From Mobula hypostoma (taxonomy: Eukaryota), in the NCBI RefSeq assembly GCF_963921235.1, contig NC_086097.1, positions 255,504,001-255,568,000 of the forward strand: a stretch of 64,000 nucleotides of DNA, given 5' to 3'. Position 1 is the first letter of the stretch. Every line of letters begins with the position of its first letter. This document shows positions 38,989 to 52,434 of this stretch, in pieces. Made by a program: the position numbers and the translations under genes. The notes beneath the pieces are model-generated. The model was not told the origin of the DNA and ran no database searches. It saw only the letters and a list, made by a program, of their open reading frames with translations.

Positions 38989-39072
38989 TCCTAAGGGATT
39001 CTACAGATATGTTGAGAGCAAAAGGATTGCAAGGGACAAACCTGGTCCAAAACAGATGGAGATCTTAAATGA

Positions 39073-41054
39073 CAACACACAAATTTGCTGGTGAACACAG
39101 CAGGCCAGGCAGCATCTCTAGGAAGAGGTACAGTCGACGTTTTAGGCCGAGACCCTTCGTCAGGACTAACCAAAAGAAGAGCTAGTAAGAGATTTGAAAG
39201 TGGGAGGGGGAGGGGGAAGATCTGAAATGATAGGAGAAGACAGGAGGGGGAGGGATGGAGCCAAGAGCTGGACAGGTGATTCGCAAACGGGATACAAGAG
39301 GATCATGGGACAGGAGGCCCAGGGAGAAAGAAAAGGGGGAGGGGGGAAAACCCAGAGAATGGGCAAGGGGTATTGTGAGAGGGACAGAGGGAGAAAAAGG
39401 AGAGAGAGAGAGAGAAAAAGAATGTGTGTATATAAATAAATAACGGATGGGGTACGAGAAGGAGGTGGGGCATTAACAGAAGTTAGAGAAATCAATGTTC
39501 ATGCCATCAGGTTGGAGGCTACCCAGACAGAATATAAGGTGTTGTTCCTCCAACCTGAGTGTGGCTTCATCTTTACAGTAGAGGAGGCCGTAGACAGACA
39601 TATCAGAATGGGAATGGAACGTGGAATTAAAATGTGCGGCCACTGGGAGATCTGAGATCCGAGATCCTGCTTTCTCTGGCGGACAGAGCATAGGTGTTCA
39701 GCGAAACGGTCTCCCAGTCTGCGTCGGGTCAAGCCAATATATAGAAGGCCGCATTGGGAGCACCGGACGCAGTATATCACTCCAGCCGACTCACAGGTGA
39801 AGTGTCGGCTCACCTGGAAGGACTGTCTAGGGCCCTGAATGGTGGTAAGGGAGGAAGTGTAAGGGCATATGTAGCACTTGTTCCACTTACAAGGATAAGT
39901 GCCAGGAGGGAAATCGGTGGGGAGGGGGGACGAATGGATAAGGGAGTCGCGTAGGGAGCGATCCCTGCGGAAAGCGGGGCGGGGAGGAGGGAAAGCTGTG
40001 CTTAGTGGTGGGTTCCCGTTGAAGGTGGCACAAGTTAGGGAGAATAATATGTTGGACCCTCAAGTTTACCTGGTCCATTTCCGACACCTCCCTCCCCTTT
40101 CTAGATCTTTCTGTCTCTATCTCTGGAGACAGATTATCTACTGATGTCTACTGTAAGCCTACTGACTCTCACAGCTATCTGGACTATTCCTCTTCTCACC
40201 CTGTCTCTTGCAAAAATGCCATAATGCCATCCCCTTCTTGCAATTCCTCCTTCTCCGCCGCATCTGCTCTCAGGTTGCGGCTTTTCTGCTTTCTCTGGCG
40301 GACAGAGCGTAGGTGTCCTGTGAGTCGGCTGGGGTGATATACTGCATCCGGTGCTCCTGATGTGGCCTTCTATATATTGGCGAGACCCGACGCAGACTGG
40401 GAGATTGTTTCGCTGAACACCTACGCTCTGTCCGCCAGAGAAAGCAGGATCTCTCAGTGGCCACACATTTTAATTCCATGTCCCATTCCCATTCTGATAT
40501 GTCTATCCATGACCTCCTCTACTGTAAAGATGAAGCCACACTCAGGTTGGAGGAACACCTTATATTCCGTCTGGGTAGCCTCTAACCTGATGGCATGAAC
40601 ATTGACTTCTCAAACTTCCGCTAATGCCCCACCTCCCTCTCGTACCCCATCCGTTATTTGTTTATATACACACATTCTTTCTCTCTCTCCTTTTTCTCCC
40701 TGTCCCTCTCACTATACCCCTTGCCCATCCTCTGTGTTTTCCCCACCTCCCCCTTTTCTTTCTCCCTGGGCCTCCTGTCCCATGATCCTCTTGTATCCCT
40801 TTTGCCAATGAACTGTCCAACTCTTGACTCCATCCCTCCCCCTCCTGTCTTCTCCTATCATTTCAGATCTCCCCCTCCCCCTCCCATGGTCAAATCTCTT
40901 ACTAACTCTTCCTTCAGTTAGTCCCGACGAAGAGTCTAGGCCCGAAACTTCAACTGTACCTCTTCCTACAGATGCTGCCTGGCCTGCTGCGTTCACTAGC
41001 AACTTTGATGCGTGTTGCTTCAATTTCCAGCATCTGCAGAATTCCTCGTGTTTG
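39073..41054. mobile_element. Fold-back Penelope-like element (minus-strand arm plus plus-strand arm)
   Basis: GIY-YIG (VIYCVRCSQCGLLYIG) on both arms; RT thumb remnant TDVYCKPTDSHSYLDYSSSHP; GGAGATCTTAAATGA duplicated at 39058-39072 and 41055-41069. Confidence 0.92.
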
Positions 41055-42824
41055 GGAGATCTTAAATGAATTCTTTGCATCCATATTTATGCAGGAGATG
41101 GACACTATGGAAGTCTACAGAAGGGTGGCAAAGCAACATCAACTTCACAGATTCTGTACATTTACAAAGGGTTTTGCAACCCTGAGGCAAAGTAGGGTGG
41201 ATAAATCCCCAGGGTCTGACAAGGTGATCCATCAAGCTCTAGGGGAGGCAAGTGCAGAAATTGCTGGGGCCCTAGCAGAGATATTTAAATCATCCTTAGT
41301 GACCGGGGAAGTATCAGAAGATTGGAGGATAGCCAATGGTATTGTGCTGTTGAAAAAAGGCTCTAAACATAAAGCAGTAAATTATAGGCCAGTGAGTTTT
41401 GGGAAAGTTATTGGAAGGTGTTCTAACAGACTGGATAAACAAATATTTGAATAGATATAGACTGATTAAGGATAGTCAGCATGTCTTTGTGCATGGTAGG
41501 TCACATCTAACCAATCTTCTTTGAGGAGTTAACAGGAAAGTGGATAAAGGCAATCCAGTGGATGTTGTCTACATGGACTTTAGCAAGCCATTTGACAAGG
41601 TCCCACATGGGAGGCTGGTCAATAATGTTCCATTCAGGATGAGGCAGTAAATTGGATTAGACATTGGTTTTGAGGGAGAAGCCAGTAAATGGTACTGGAG
41701 GGTTGCCTCTCTGACTGGAGGCCTGTGCTGGTGGTATGCCACAGGGACTGGTGCTGGTCCTTTGTTGTCATCGATATCAATGATCTGGATGATAATGTGC
41801 TTAACTGGATCAGCAAATTACACCGAGATTGGGGGTGTAGTGAACGGCATGGAAGACTAGCATGGCCTGCAGAGGGATTTCAAGTAGCTGGAAAAATGGC
41901 AGATGAAATTTAATGCAGATAACTGCAAGGTTTTGCACTTTGGTAGGTCTTATACAGTGAACGGTAGGGCACAGAGGAGTGCGGTAGAGCAAAGGGATCT
42001 AAGAATACTGGTCCATAATTTATTGAAAGGGGAGTCACAGGTAGATCGGATCATAAAGAAAGCTTTTGGCAGATTGGCCTTCATAAATCAATGTATTGAT
42101 GAAGATGTTATGTTGAAGTTGCAGAAGACTTTGGTAAGGCCTAATTTGGAGTATTGTGTGCAGTTTTGGTCACCTACCTGCAGGAAAGATATAAAAACAG
42201 TCAAAAGAGTATAAATAAATTACAAGGACATTGCTAGGTCTGGAGGACCTGAATTATGAGGAAAGATTGAATAGGTTAGGACTGTATTCTTCACAGCGTA
42301 TTAGATTGATAGGAGATATGATAGACATATGCAAAATTATGATGGTTAAATATAGGATAAACACAAAAACATTTTCCATTGAGGTACAGTGGGACTACAA
42401 CCAGAGGTCATGGTTTAAGGGTGAAAGGTGAAAAGTTTAAGGGAAATGAGAAGAAACTTCCTCACTCAGAGAATCGTGAGAATATAAAATGAGCTGCCAG
42501 CACAAGTGGTGCATGCAAAATCAATTTCAACATTTAAGAGAAGTTTGGATAGATACAGATAGTAGGAGGTATGGAGGGCTACGATCCAGTGCAGGTTGAT
42601 GGAGTAGGCAGTTTAAAAGGTTTCAGCATGGACTAAATGGGCCAAAGGGCCTGTTTCTCCGCTGTAGTACTCACATTGCTTCTCAGCAACCAAATCCTTT
42701 CACATGCCCATCACTCCCAGTTGCCTTAGCACCACCAATGAGGGGTCATCATGCACACTATTACCCACATTTGTCATTTATTCATACTTTGGTTTGTGCA
42801 CCTGACTTGCTCAGAACTACTCAC

Positions 42825-42877
42825 TTTTTCAGATTCTTGACCTTCTGATTGAGTTTCCATTTTTTCCTCTTCAACAT
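42825..42877 (-). CDS. SMARCC1: SMARCC1 small exon, 53 nt (56 or 59 nt with upstream tandem acceptors), phase 1/0
   Basis: T-rich tract, then GAG AAG CAG|ATGTTGAAGAGGAAAAAATG...GAAAAA|GTGAGT; DVEEEKMETQSEGQESEK resembles human EEEKMEADPDGQQPEK; phases fit both neighbours. Confidence 0.85.
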
Positions 42878-43374
42878 CTGCTTCTCAAATAAAAAAATAA
42901 AATTGTATTCAGCAGAAACTAAAAAACAATTACAATTCAAACATAGTTGTGTTAGCCATGGTCAGAAATAGTACTTTAACTATCTGCACAGTTTAGTGCA
43001 GGGATTTATGCCACGGACCAATACCATTAAGCAAGGGGTCAGGTTGGGAAACCCTGGTTTAGTGCAAAGGAAGCGGAAAGAAACAGCCATCTTGGTTACA
43101 TTTCCATTACAATTTGTAAATTATTCGTCCTATTTAACTTCGTCAATAGACTTGGAATCAGCTGCACATGTTGTTGCCACACTAGTAGATAAACAGAGTG
43201 CAAGTCCAACCCTGCATCAGTACTTAACCATTCAGACATTGACAATGGTGGAATACAACTTCATAACACAATGCCTTGTGGTGTACTAATGTGTTGGTTA
43301 CGGCCCAATATTGCTAAACAGACCTGGAATACCTTGCAATTACGTCCTGGCCATTTTACTTGCCACAGGAGATT

Positions 43375-44140
43375 TCAGCAATTGTTTTGGTAGAGGTGTA
43401 CATTCCGCCTCAGGCCAATGTGGAACAGGGTCTAGGTAAACTGAGTGATGTAATCAAAAGGCATGAAAATCGCACATCCTGATGCCTTCCCCATCATTTG
43501 GAGGATTTTAACCAGGGCAGCTGATAAAGTCACTAATTATCATCAACAAATCACCTGTAGTACCAGAGAAAATAACATGCTGGACCACTGTTACAATAAG
43601 TTCAAATGTGTTTCCATACTATTCTACACCCACACTTTGGCAAGTCTGTTCACCTGGTTGTATTTCTACTCCCTTAGTATAGACAAAGACTGAAATCTGA
43701 AGCACCAACAGAGGACCAAGGTGGTATGGTCCAGTGAGGCACAGGAACGCTTACAGGACTGCTTTGAATCAGTGGACTCTACTGTAGTCAAGCAGTCATC
43801 TTTGATATTGGATGAGTATGACATAGTTGTCACTGACTGCACTAAAATCTGTGAGGATGAGTGTGTGCCTACGAAAACTTACTCTAGATTCCCAACCAAA
43901 AGCCATGGAACCAGGAGGTTCACAGACAGCTCAGGGCAAAATAAGTGGCATTTGAGTATGGCAACCCAGGTCCACGTAAGAAAACCAGGTACAGCTTGCG
44001 GAGGGCTATTTCAAGAGCCAAGAAACAATTCAGCAGAGGTTAGAGGTGACATCGGATACACATCAACTCTGGCAGGGTGTGCAAGTCGTTACTTTCTACA
44101 AAGCAAAACTCAAAATCATGAATGGCAGCAAAGCTTCATT
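43375..44140 (+). mobile_element. Rex1/Babar-like LINE fragment (endonuclease/linker)
   Basis: TRENNMLDHCY and LQDCFESVD motifs; homologous to the minus-strand copy at 55400-56050. Confidence 0.7.
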
Positions 44141-47100
44141 ACCTTTTCTCTTCCTCCGCCCCACACCCCAGCCTTCCCCTTGTAACATTTGATGCCGTCT
44201 CCAATCAGAGACCCATCAACCTCTGCCTAAATACACCCTAAGACAGGCCTCCAGAGCTACCTGTGGTAATAAATTCTACAAATTCACATCCCTCTAAATT
44301 TCAGCGAGTACAGACAGAGCTACCAAATGTTCCTCATTCGATAACCCTTTCATTCCCGAATTCATCCTTATGAACCTTCTCTGGATCCGCTCCAATGCCA
44401 GAGTATTCTTTTTTAGATAAGAAACCCAGAACTGTTCACAATACTCAAAGTGAAGCCTCACCAATGCCTTATAAAGCCTCAGCATCACATCCCTGCTCTT
44501 ATATTCTCGACCCCTTGAAATGAATGATAACACAGCATTTGCCTTCCTCACCACTGTCTCTACCTGCAAGTTAACCTTTGGGGTATTCTGCACAAGGGCT
44601 CCCATAAAATGTGAGATGCAAAGGAAATTGGATTTTCTCCCCATTTAGAAAATAGAATGCACATTTATTTCTCCTACCAAAGTGCATGCATTTTCCAACA
44701 TGGTGTTTCATTTTCTATTCTCATTCCCATTTCTCTAATCTGTCAAAGTCCTTCTGCAGCCAATCAGTTTCCTCAACACCCTCGGTTCCTCCACCAATCT
44801 CCATATCATCTGCAAACTTGGCAACAAAGTCATTTATTCCATCATCTAAATCATTGATATACGACATAAAAAGAACTGGTCCCAACACTGACCCCTGAGG
44901 AACACCACTTGTCACTGGCAGCCAACCAGAAAAGGATCATGTTATTCTCATTCTCTGCCTCCTGCCAATCAGCCAATGCTTTAACCATGCCAGTAACTTC
45001 CCGTAATACCATGGGCTCTTCACTTGGTAAGCAGCCTCATGAGTGGCAGCCTGTCAAAGGCCTTCTGAAAGTCCAAATATACAACATGCACTACATCCCG
45101 TCTGTCCTACTTGTAATCTCATCAAAGAATTCCAACAGGTTCCCTTAAGGAAACCAAGCTGACTTAGTACTATCTTGTCCTGTGTCACTAAGTACTCCAT
45201 AACTTCATCCTTAACAATTAACTCCAACATCTTCCCAACCACTGATGTCAGGCTAACTGGTCTATAATTTCCTTTCTGCTGCCTTCCTCTTTTCTTAAAG
45301 GGTGGAGTAACATTTGCAATTTTCTGGTCCTCTAGCACCATGCCAGAGTCTAATGATTTTTGATAGATATGACTAATGCCTCCACAATCTCTACTGCTAC
45401 CTCTTTCAGAACCCTAGGGTGCAGTTCATCTGATCCGGGTGACTTATGAATCCTTAGGTCTTTCAGCTTTTCGAGCACCATCTCCCTTCTAACAGTGACT
45501 GCACTCACTTTTCTTCCCCCACACCCTTCAACATCTGGGGCATTGTTAATGTATTCCACAGTGAAAATTGATGCAAAATGCTCATTCACTTCATCGGCCA
45601 TCTCCTTGGCTCCCATTACTTCTTCTCCTGCCTCATTTTCTAGCAGTCCTATATCCACTCATTTCTCTTTTATCTTTTACATCTTTGAAAATGCATTTAC
45701 TATCCACGTAGATTTTGTTTGCTGGCTTGCATTCATATTTCATCTCTTCCCTCCTAATGATTCTTTTAGTTGCTCTCTGTAGGGTTTTAAAAGCTTCCCA
45801 TCCTCTGTCTTCGCCCTAATTTTTGCTTTGTTGTGTGCCCTCTCTTTTGCTTTTATATTAGCTTTGACTTCCCTTATGAGCCATGGTTGTACTGTTTTTG
45901 GAATACATCTATCCTGCCCCTCTCACTTCCCCCCCCCCCTAAAAACACACACCATTGCTACTCTGCTGTCATCCAGCTGCAGCTCCTTGAAGACAGTGTT
46001 GGAGATCAGGAGCAGCAGCTGGATGCCCCTCGGCTTCGACAGGAGTGAGGAGATCATTGATCAGAGCTACAGTGAAGTAATCACCCATAAGATGTGGGAG
46101 GCAGGTAGCTGGGTGACTGTCCAAGAGTGCAGCGCACCCCCTTGGCCATTCCCCTCAATAACAAACATGCTTTGTGTAGACTTGTGGGGGTTGACCTCTC
46201 ACGGGAATGCCACAGAGACAAGATTACTGGCACTGAGCAAGGTCCGTAGTACAGATGGGAAAGGAGAAGAGTGGAGTGGTAGAGATAGTGATCGGGGACT
46301 CGACAGTCGGAGGAAGAGAAAGGAAATTCTGTGGACGTGAACAGAACACACAGACAGTATGTAGCCTCCCAGGTGCCAGGGAAACATCTTGGATCACATC
46401 CACAGCATTCTGGAATAGGATGGGGAGCAGCCTGATCTCTTGGTACATATTGGTATCAATGGCATAGGAAGGAAAAGCAAAGAGGTAATGAAAAGTGAAG
46501 TTAGAGAGCTGGGCAGAAAGCTGAGAAACAGGACCTCCAAGGTAGTAATTTCTCGATTGCTGCCTGTGCCATGCACCAGTCTGCCCAGCGAGTCTGCTCC
46601 ACCATTCCATCTGGCTGATCCTGGATCCCATTCTACCCCATACACCTGTCTTCTCACCATATCCCTTGATGCCCTGACCAATCAGAAAATGATCAACTTC
46701 TGCCTTAAATATACCCACAGATTCGGCCTCCACACAGTTTGTGGCACAGCATTCGACAGATTCACTACCCCCACACTAAAAAAATTTCTCCTTGCCTCTG
46801 TTCTAAAAGGTCACCCCTCAATTTTGAGACTGTGCCCTCTAGTTCTGGAATTGCCCACCTTAGGGAATATCCTCTCCACATCCACCTAATCAAGCCCTTT
46901 TAACATTCGGTAGGTTTCAATGAGATCCTCAAGCGTTCTTCTAAATTCCAGTGAGTACAAGCCCAAAGCTGCCAAACGCTCCTCATAGGTTAGCCCTATC
47001 ATTCCTGGACTCATCCTCGTGAACCTCCTCTGGACTCTCTCCAATGACAACACACCCTTTCTGAGATATGAGGCCCAAAACTGCTGAGAATGCTCCAAGT

Positions 47101-50100
47101 ATGGCCTGACTAGTGTCTTATAAAGGCTCAACACTATCTTCTTGCTTTTATATTGAATAAAACAGAGTCTTTTAAGAGCCTCTTAAATAGGTACATGGAG
47201 TTTGAAAAAGAGAGCTACACACTAGAGAAATTCTAGGCAGTCTCTAGAGTATGTTACATGGTCAGCACAACATTGTAGGCCGAAGAGCCTGTAATGTGCG
47301 GTAAACTTCCACGTTCTACATTCTATTCCCATTGAAATAAGTGCCATCATTGCATTTGCCACCTTTACCACATACTCAATCTGTAAATTAACCCTATGGG
47401 AGTCTTGCATGAGGACTCCCAAGTCCCTCTTCACCTCTGATGTTTGAACATTCTCCCCATTTAGAATAATCTGCATTATTGTTCCTTTTATCAAAATGCA
47501 TTATCACACATTTCCCAACACTGTATTCCATATGCCACTTTTTTGTCCATTCTTCCAATTTGTGCAAATCCTGCAGCAATCACATTCCCTCCTCCGCACT
47601 ACCTGCCCCTCCACCTATCTTTGTATCATGAAATTCTGCGACCAATCCATCAATTCCTTTATCCTAATCATTGACAAACAATACTGACCCAAAGAACACC
47701 AACAGTCACTGACAGCCAACCAGAAAAGGCCCTTTTTATTCTGAATTGCGGCCTCCTGCCTGTCAGCCACTCCTCTATCCATGCCTTGACGTTCCCATAC
47801 AGTGGAGCGCAGTCTACCGAAAGCAGAACTTGCCTTTACTATTCTGCAGTTAACTTCTGTATCAATAGTCACTGCTTGGGAGAGGGTGCTGCCAAAGTAA
47901 GTAAACTGGTTCACTGCCTGTAATTTCTGTCCTTTGATTGTGATTTTGGGTTCTGTGTACGGTGCATGACTTCGGTCTTTTTGATGTTGATGGTGAGTCC
48001 AAAGTTGTCACAAGCCGTGGAGAATTTGTCCATATTGACTTGCATCTCCGGCTCTGAACTAGCATACAGGGCGCAGTCATCGGCAAAGAGGAAGTCTCTC
48101 AGAGCAGTCTCCTTCACTTTGGTGATAGCTTGAAGTCTCCTCAGGTTGAAGAGCTTCCCATCCACTCTGGACTTGAGGCGGATTCCAGCATCACTATCCT
48201 GGAAGGCATCGTTCAGCATGGCAGAGAACATCATGCTGAACAGAGTGGGTGCGAGCACACAGCCCTGTTTGACACCACTGGTGACTGGGAATGCCTCAGA
48301 GATTCTCTGCCGTCCAGCACTCTGGCCATCATGGAACTGATGAGGAATCGGTCCAGCAACAAAACTGAAGGTCTACAGAGCCATGGTACTCACTACCCTC
48401 CTATATGCCTGTGAAACGTGGACTGTGCATCGAAGGCATGCAAGACAGCTCAACCATGACTAGTCTTCGCAGAATATTAGGCATCCGATGGCTGATAAAG
48501 TACCAAACACTGAAGTTCTCTCCAGAGCAAGTCTACCATCAGTCCACACACTGCTGATGAGAGCACAGACCCGGTGGGCAGGTCATGTCATCCACATGCC
48601 AGACGAGCGCATACCCCAAGCAGCTCCTTTTTGGGGAACTCTCTGCTGGAAGACGCTTGCATGGAGGGCAGAAGAAACGTCACAAAGACACACTAAAGGC
48701 CTCCCTGAAGTCATTTGACATAGACACAACCTCTTGGGAAACACTGGCACAAAACCGCCCTACCTGGCACGGCCTCATCCACAAGGGCTGTCAAGCTTAC
48801 GAAGCAAGGAGCACTGCTGACGCACAACATAAGCGCGAGCTGCACAAGTCCAGGGCCACCAGCGCAACAACTACAGTGCCTACACATGTCTGCCCAGCAT
48901 GTGCCAGGACATTCCGTGCCCGAATTGGCCTGACCAGTCATCTTCGAACACACCGCATCCAGTCTCAAAGTGACTAATGGTGTCCAGGTCTGCATCGACG
49001 ACGATGGACGAACCACATCCATGCCAGTATCTTTCATATAACACCAGAAGATTTTTATCTTGTTAACCGACCTCATAAGTGGCACCTTATCAAATGCCTT
49101 CTGAAAATCCAAATAAATGACATCCACTGCCTCTCCTCTGTAAACCCTAATTTGTTATTTTCTCAAAGACCTCTTAATTGTCAGGCAAGATCCCCCTCAC
49201 AGAAACCATGTTGACTTTGACTTCTTTTATCATGAGTCTCCAAGTACCCCAAAATCTCATCCTTAACAATAGACTCCGACACTTTCCCAACCACTGAGGT
49301 TGGGCTAACTGGCCTATAGTTTCCTTTCTTTTGCCTTCCTCCCTTCATAAAGAGTGGTGTGACATTTGCAATCTCCCATGCCAGAATCAAATGATTCTTG
49401 AAAGATCATGACGAATGCATCTGTTTTCTCTTCAGCAACCTCAATCAGGACTCTGGGATGTAGTCCATCTGATCCAGGTGACATCCACTTTAAGACCTGT
49501 CAAACCTGTCAGTTTGTCTTCCCACTAATTTTTGCTTCCTTGTATGCCCTCTCCTTTGCTTTAACTTTGGCTTTGACTTCTCTGGTCAACCATGGTTGCA
49601 TCCTTTTTCCACTCGAAAATTTCTTCTTTTTTGGAATATACCTGTCTTGCACCTTCCTCATTTCTCACATAAACTCCAGCCACTGCTGCTCTGCCGTCTT
49701 TCCCGCCAGTGTCTCTTTCCAGTCAACTTTAGCCAGTTCCTCTCTCACGCCACTGTAATTTCCTTTACTCCACTAAAATACCGACACATCAGATTTCGGC
49801 TTCTCTTTTTCTAATTTCACAGTGAACTCAATCATGTTATGATCACTGCCTCCTAAGGGTTCCTTCACCTCAATCTCTCTAATCACCTCCAGTTCATTAC
49901 ACAATACTCAATCCAGTACAGCCGATCCCCTAGTGGGCTCAACAACAAGCTGTTCTAAAAAGCCATCTCGCAGACATTCTATAAATTCTCTCTCTTGAGA
50001 TCCAGTGCTGACCTGATTTTCCCAATCCACTCGCATGTTAAAATCCCCCACAATTATCATAATACTGCCCTTCTGACAAGCCTTTTCTATTTCCTGTTGT

Positions 50101-51360
50101 AATTTGTAGTCCACATCCCTGCAGCTGTTTGGAGGCCTGTATATAACTGCCATCAGGGTCTTTTAACCCCTGCGATTTCTTAGCTCAACCCATAAAGATT
50201 CTGCACCTTCCGATCCTATGTCACCTCTTTCTAATGATTTAATATCATTTCTTACCAATAAAGCCATGCCTCCCCCTCTGCCTACCTTCCTATCCTTCCG
50301 ATACACTGTGCATCCTTGGACGTTCAGCTCCCAGAGACATGCATCCTTTAGCCAGGTCTCAGTGATGGCCATAATATCATACCTGCCAATCTGTAGCTGT
50401 ACGACAAGATCATCCACCTTATTCCTTATGCTGCGTGCATTTAAGTATAACACCTTAAGGCCAGTATTTGGTACTTTTTGCTTTGATTTCACTGCAACTT
50501 TATTGCACTGCAACTCATCCCAATGGCTATAAATTTGCCCCATCACCTGCCTGTCTTTCCTGACATCTTTACTGCTCACCATCTTAAATTTATTTCTGTT
50601 TTCCCCTTCCTCTGCACTATTATTCCAGTTCCCGTCCCCCTGCCAAATTAGTTTAAACCCTCCCTAACAGCTCTATTAAACTTTCCCACCACGATAGTGG
50701 TCCCCTTCAGGTTCAGGTGTAACCTGTCCTTTTTGAAAAGGTCATACTTCTCCCAGAAGAGATCCCAATTATCCAAGAATCTGAAGCCCTGCCCCCTACA
50801 CCAGTCTCTCAGCCATGCATTTATCTGCCTGATCCTACTATTCTTGCCCTCACTAGCACATGGCACAGATAGCAATCCTGAGATTACTACCCTGGAGGTT
50901 CTGCTTCTCAGCTTCCTTCCTAACTCCTGGAAATCTCTCTTCAGGACCTCCTCCCTTCTCCTATCTATGTCATTAGTACCAACATGTACCAAGACAACTG
51001 GCTGCTCGCCCTCTCCCTTCAGAATATTCTGGACCCGATCCAAGACATCCCGTACCCTGGCACCTGGGAGGCAACACACCATGCGGGTATCTCTATCAGG
51101 CTCACAGAATCTCCTGTCTGTTCCCCTGACTATGGAATCCCCTATGACTACCGCATTCCTCTTCTCCCTCCTTCCCTCCTGCACAACACCGCCAGGCTCA
51201 GTGCCAGAGACCCAGTCACCATGGCCGTCCCCTGTCCGGTCATCCCCCTCAACAGCATCCAGAACAAGATATTTGTTGCTGAGGGGGACAACCATAGGTG
51301 TGCTCTCCACTATCCGGGCATTTTCCTTCCCTCTCCTGACAGTCACCCAGTTTTCCCCTT
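44140..51360 (-). mobile_element. Cluster of minus-strand CR1 copies; well-preserved ORF1 esterase at 50648-51346; plus-strand ORF1 piece at ~45970-46575
   Basis: VIGDSIVRG, HVGTND and DRLHL SGNH motifs; LYLNARSIRNK; GVPQGSVLGP and FADD. Confidence 0.85.
47786..49016 (+). mobile_element. RTE-clade (BovB-like) LINE, 5'-truncated with 5' inversion
   Basis: Minus part LAPTLFS...DGKLFNLRRL...FLFADDCAL; plus part WAGHV...CPACARTFRARIGLTSHLRTH; ATCCATGCC duplicated at 47777-47785 and 49017-49025. Confidence 0.9.
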
Positions 51361-51361
51361 C

Positions 51362-51658
51362 CCGTATTCTTCCATACCCTATAGCCTCTTACCTCTTCAC
51401 ATGCCTATCACCTCTCCCTGGTGCCCCTCCTTCGCTTTCTCCTCTGATCCACTTTCCTCTCCTATCAGATTCCTTTTTCTCGCCTTCACCTTTTAGCTTG
51501 TCCTCCTCCTGCTCCCTCCCCTTCCGTTTCAGTCCTGAAGGAGTCTCTGTCCGAAACACCAACTGTTTATTAATTGCTATAGATGCTGCCTGACCTGCTG
51601 AGTTCCTGCAGCACTGTGTGTTACTCTGCATTTCCAACACCTGCAGGATATCCTGTTC
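51362..51658 (+). mobile_element. Degenerate Penelope-like terminal repeat
   Basis: AGTCCTGAAGGAGTCTCTGTCCGAAAC remnant followed by ATAGATGCTGCCTGACCTGCTGAGTTCC. Confidence 0.6.
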
Positions 51659-51724
51659 ATAATCAGAAATTACTTGCCTCCATGACTGAACATGCAAATG
51701 AATAATGCTACTGTTTCACAATAC

Positions 51725-51886
51725 CAGTTTTCTCTGGTTCCTCTGGAGCTGTTCCGGCAATGCCACTGTTTTCTAAGCCATACGAAGGATCCACTTTGCC
51801 AGAAGACCGGGCCATCTCTTGTACTTTCTTGACGTGTGCCTCCACCAGTTCAACTGGCACTTCCTCCCTCACATGGGAAAATTCCT
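51725..51886 (-). CDS. SMARCC1: SMARCC1 exon, 162 nt, phase 1/1
   Basis: TTCGCAG|AGGAA...[44 protein letters not shown] resembles SMARCC1 ([18 protein letters not shown]) more than SMARCC2 (MKEEVPTALVEAHVRKVE). Confidence 0.94.
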
Positions 51887-52434
51887 CTGCGAAAGTAAGT
51901 ACAGTTTGCAAATATCTAAGTCAATTTCTTCACCCATCAGAAGTCTGCCAATTTCAAATCCTCATCTAGTTTACAAGAGTTTAACTTTCATCAAGCACTT
52001 CAATTCAATCCATGATCTCTTTTCCAGGACTAACATACTAATCAGTCTTCAAAACTCATGCAGATTATAGAGATGACCATTCTGGGTTATAAAAGTAGTT
52101 TATTTATAGAAATACCAAACTTATATCTCGTGTTCAAGATTAGAAAATTATTCAACCAAAATACATTACATTCACTGGTTATCTGGTTCTCATTTTCACA
52201 CCTTGTAGTTTAATAAAGATATTTGGAAACAGGCATGTGCAACATTCAGTTTAGTTTCAATGATGGCTTAATGTTTTCAAAGCGGAGATGAATAACGATT
52301 AATTTGCTTTTTTCCTTCAAGTTGGCTTATCAGATGCCTCCACTTTGAGTTTTGGAACTGCAGTATCGTTCTATACCAGGGCTGATCCATCTTCAGAGAA
52401 AAGATTCTTGAAAAAATGACTGCAAATTCCTTAC

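Larger units (their letters stand above)
36535..42660 (+). mobile_element. Long decayed CR1 (end of ORF1 through ORF2 and 3' UTR) interrupted by hAT and Penelope elements
   Basis: IIETWL, ADFNFP, SDHNAI, NYRPVS and LEYCVQFWSP motifs in collinear order. Confidence 0.85.

Noticed and set aside
50697..51593. 298-aa plus-strand ORF
   Set aside because: Antisense shadow of CR1 ORF1 plus a pyrimidine tract
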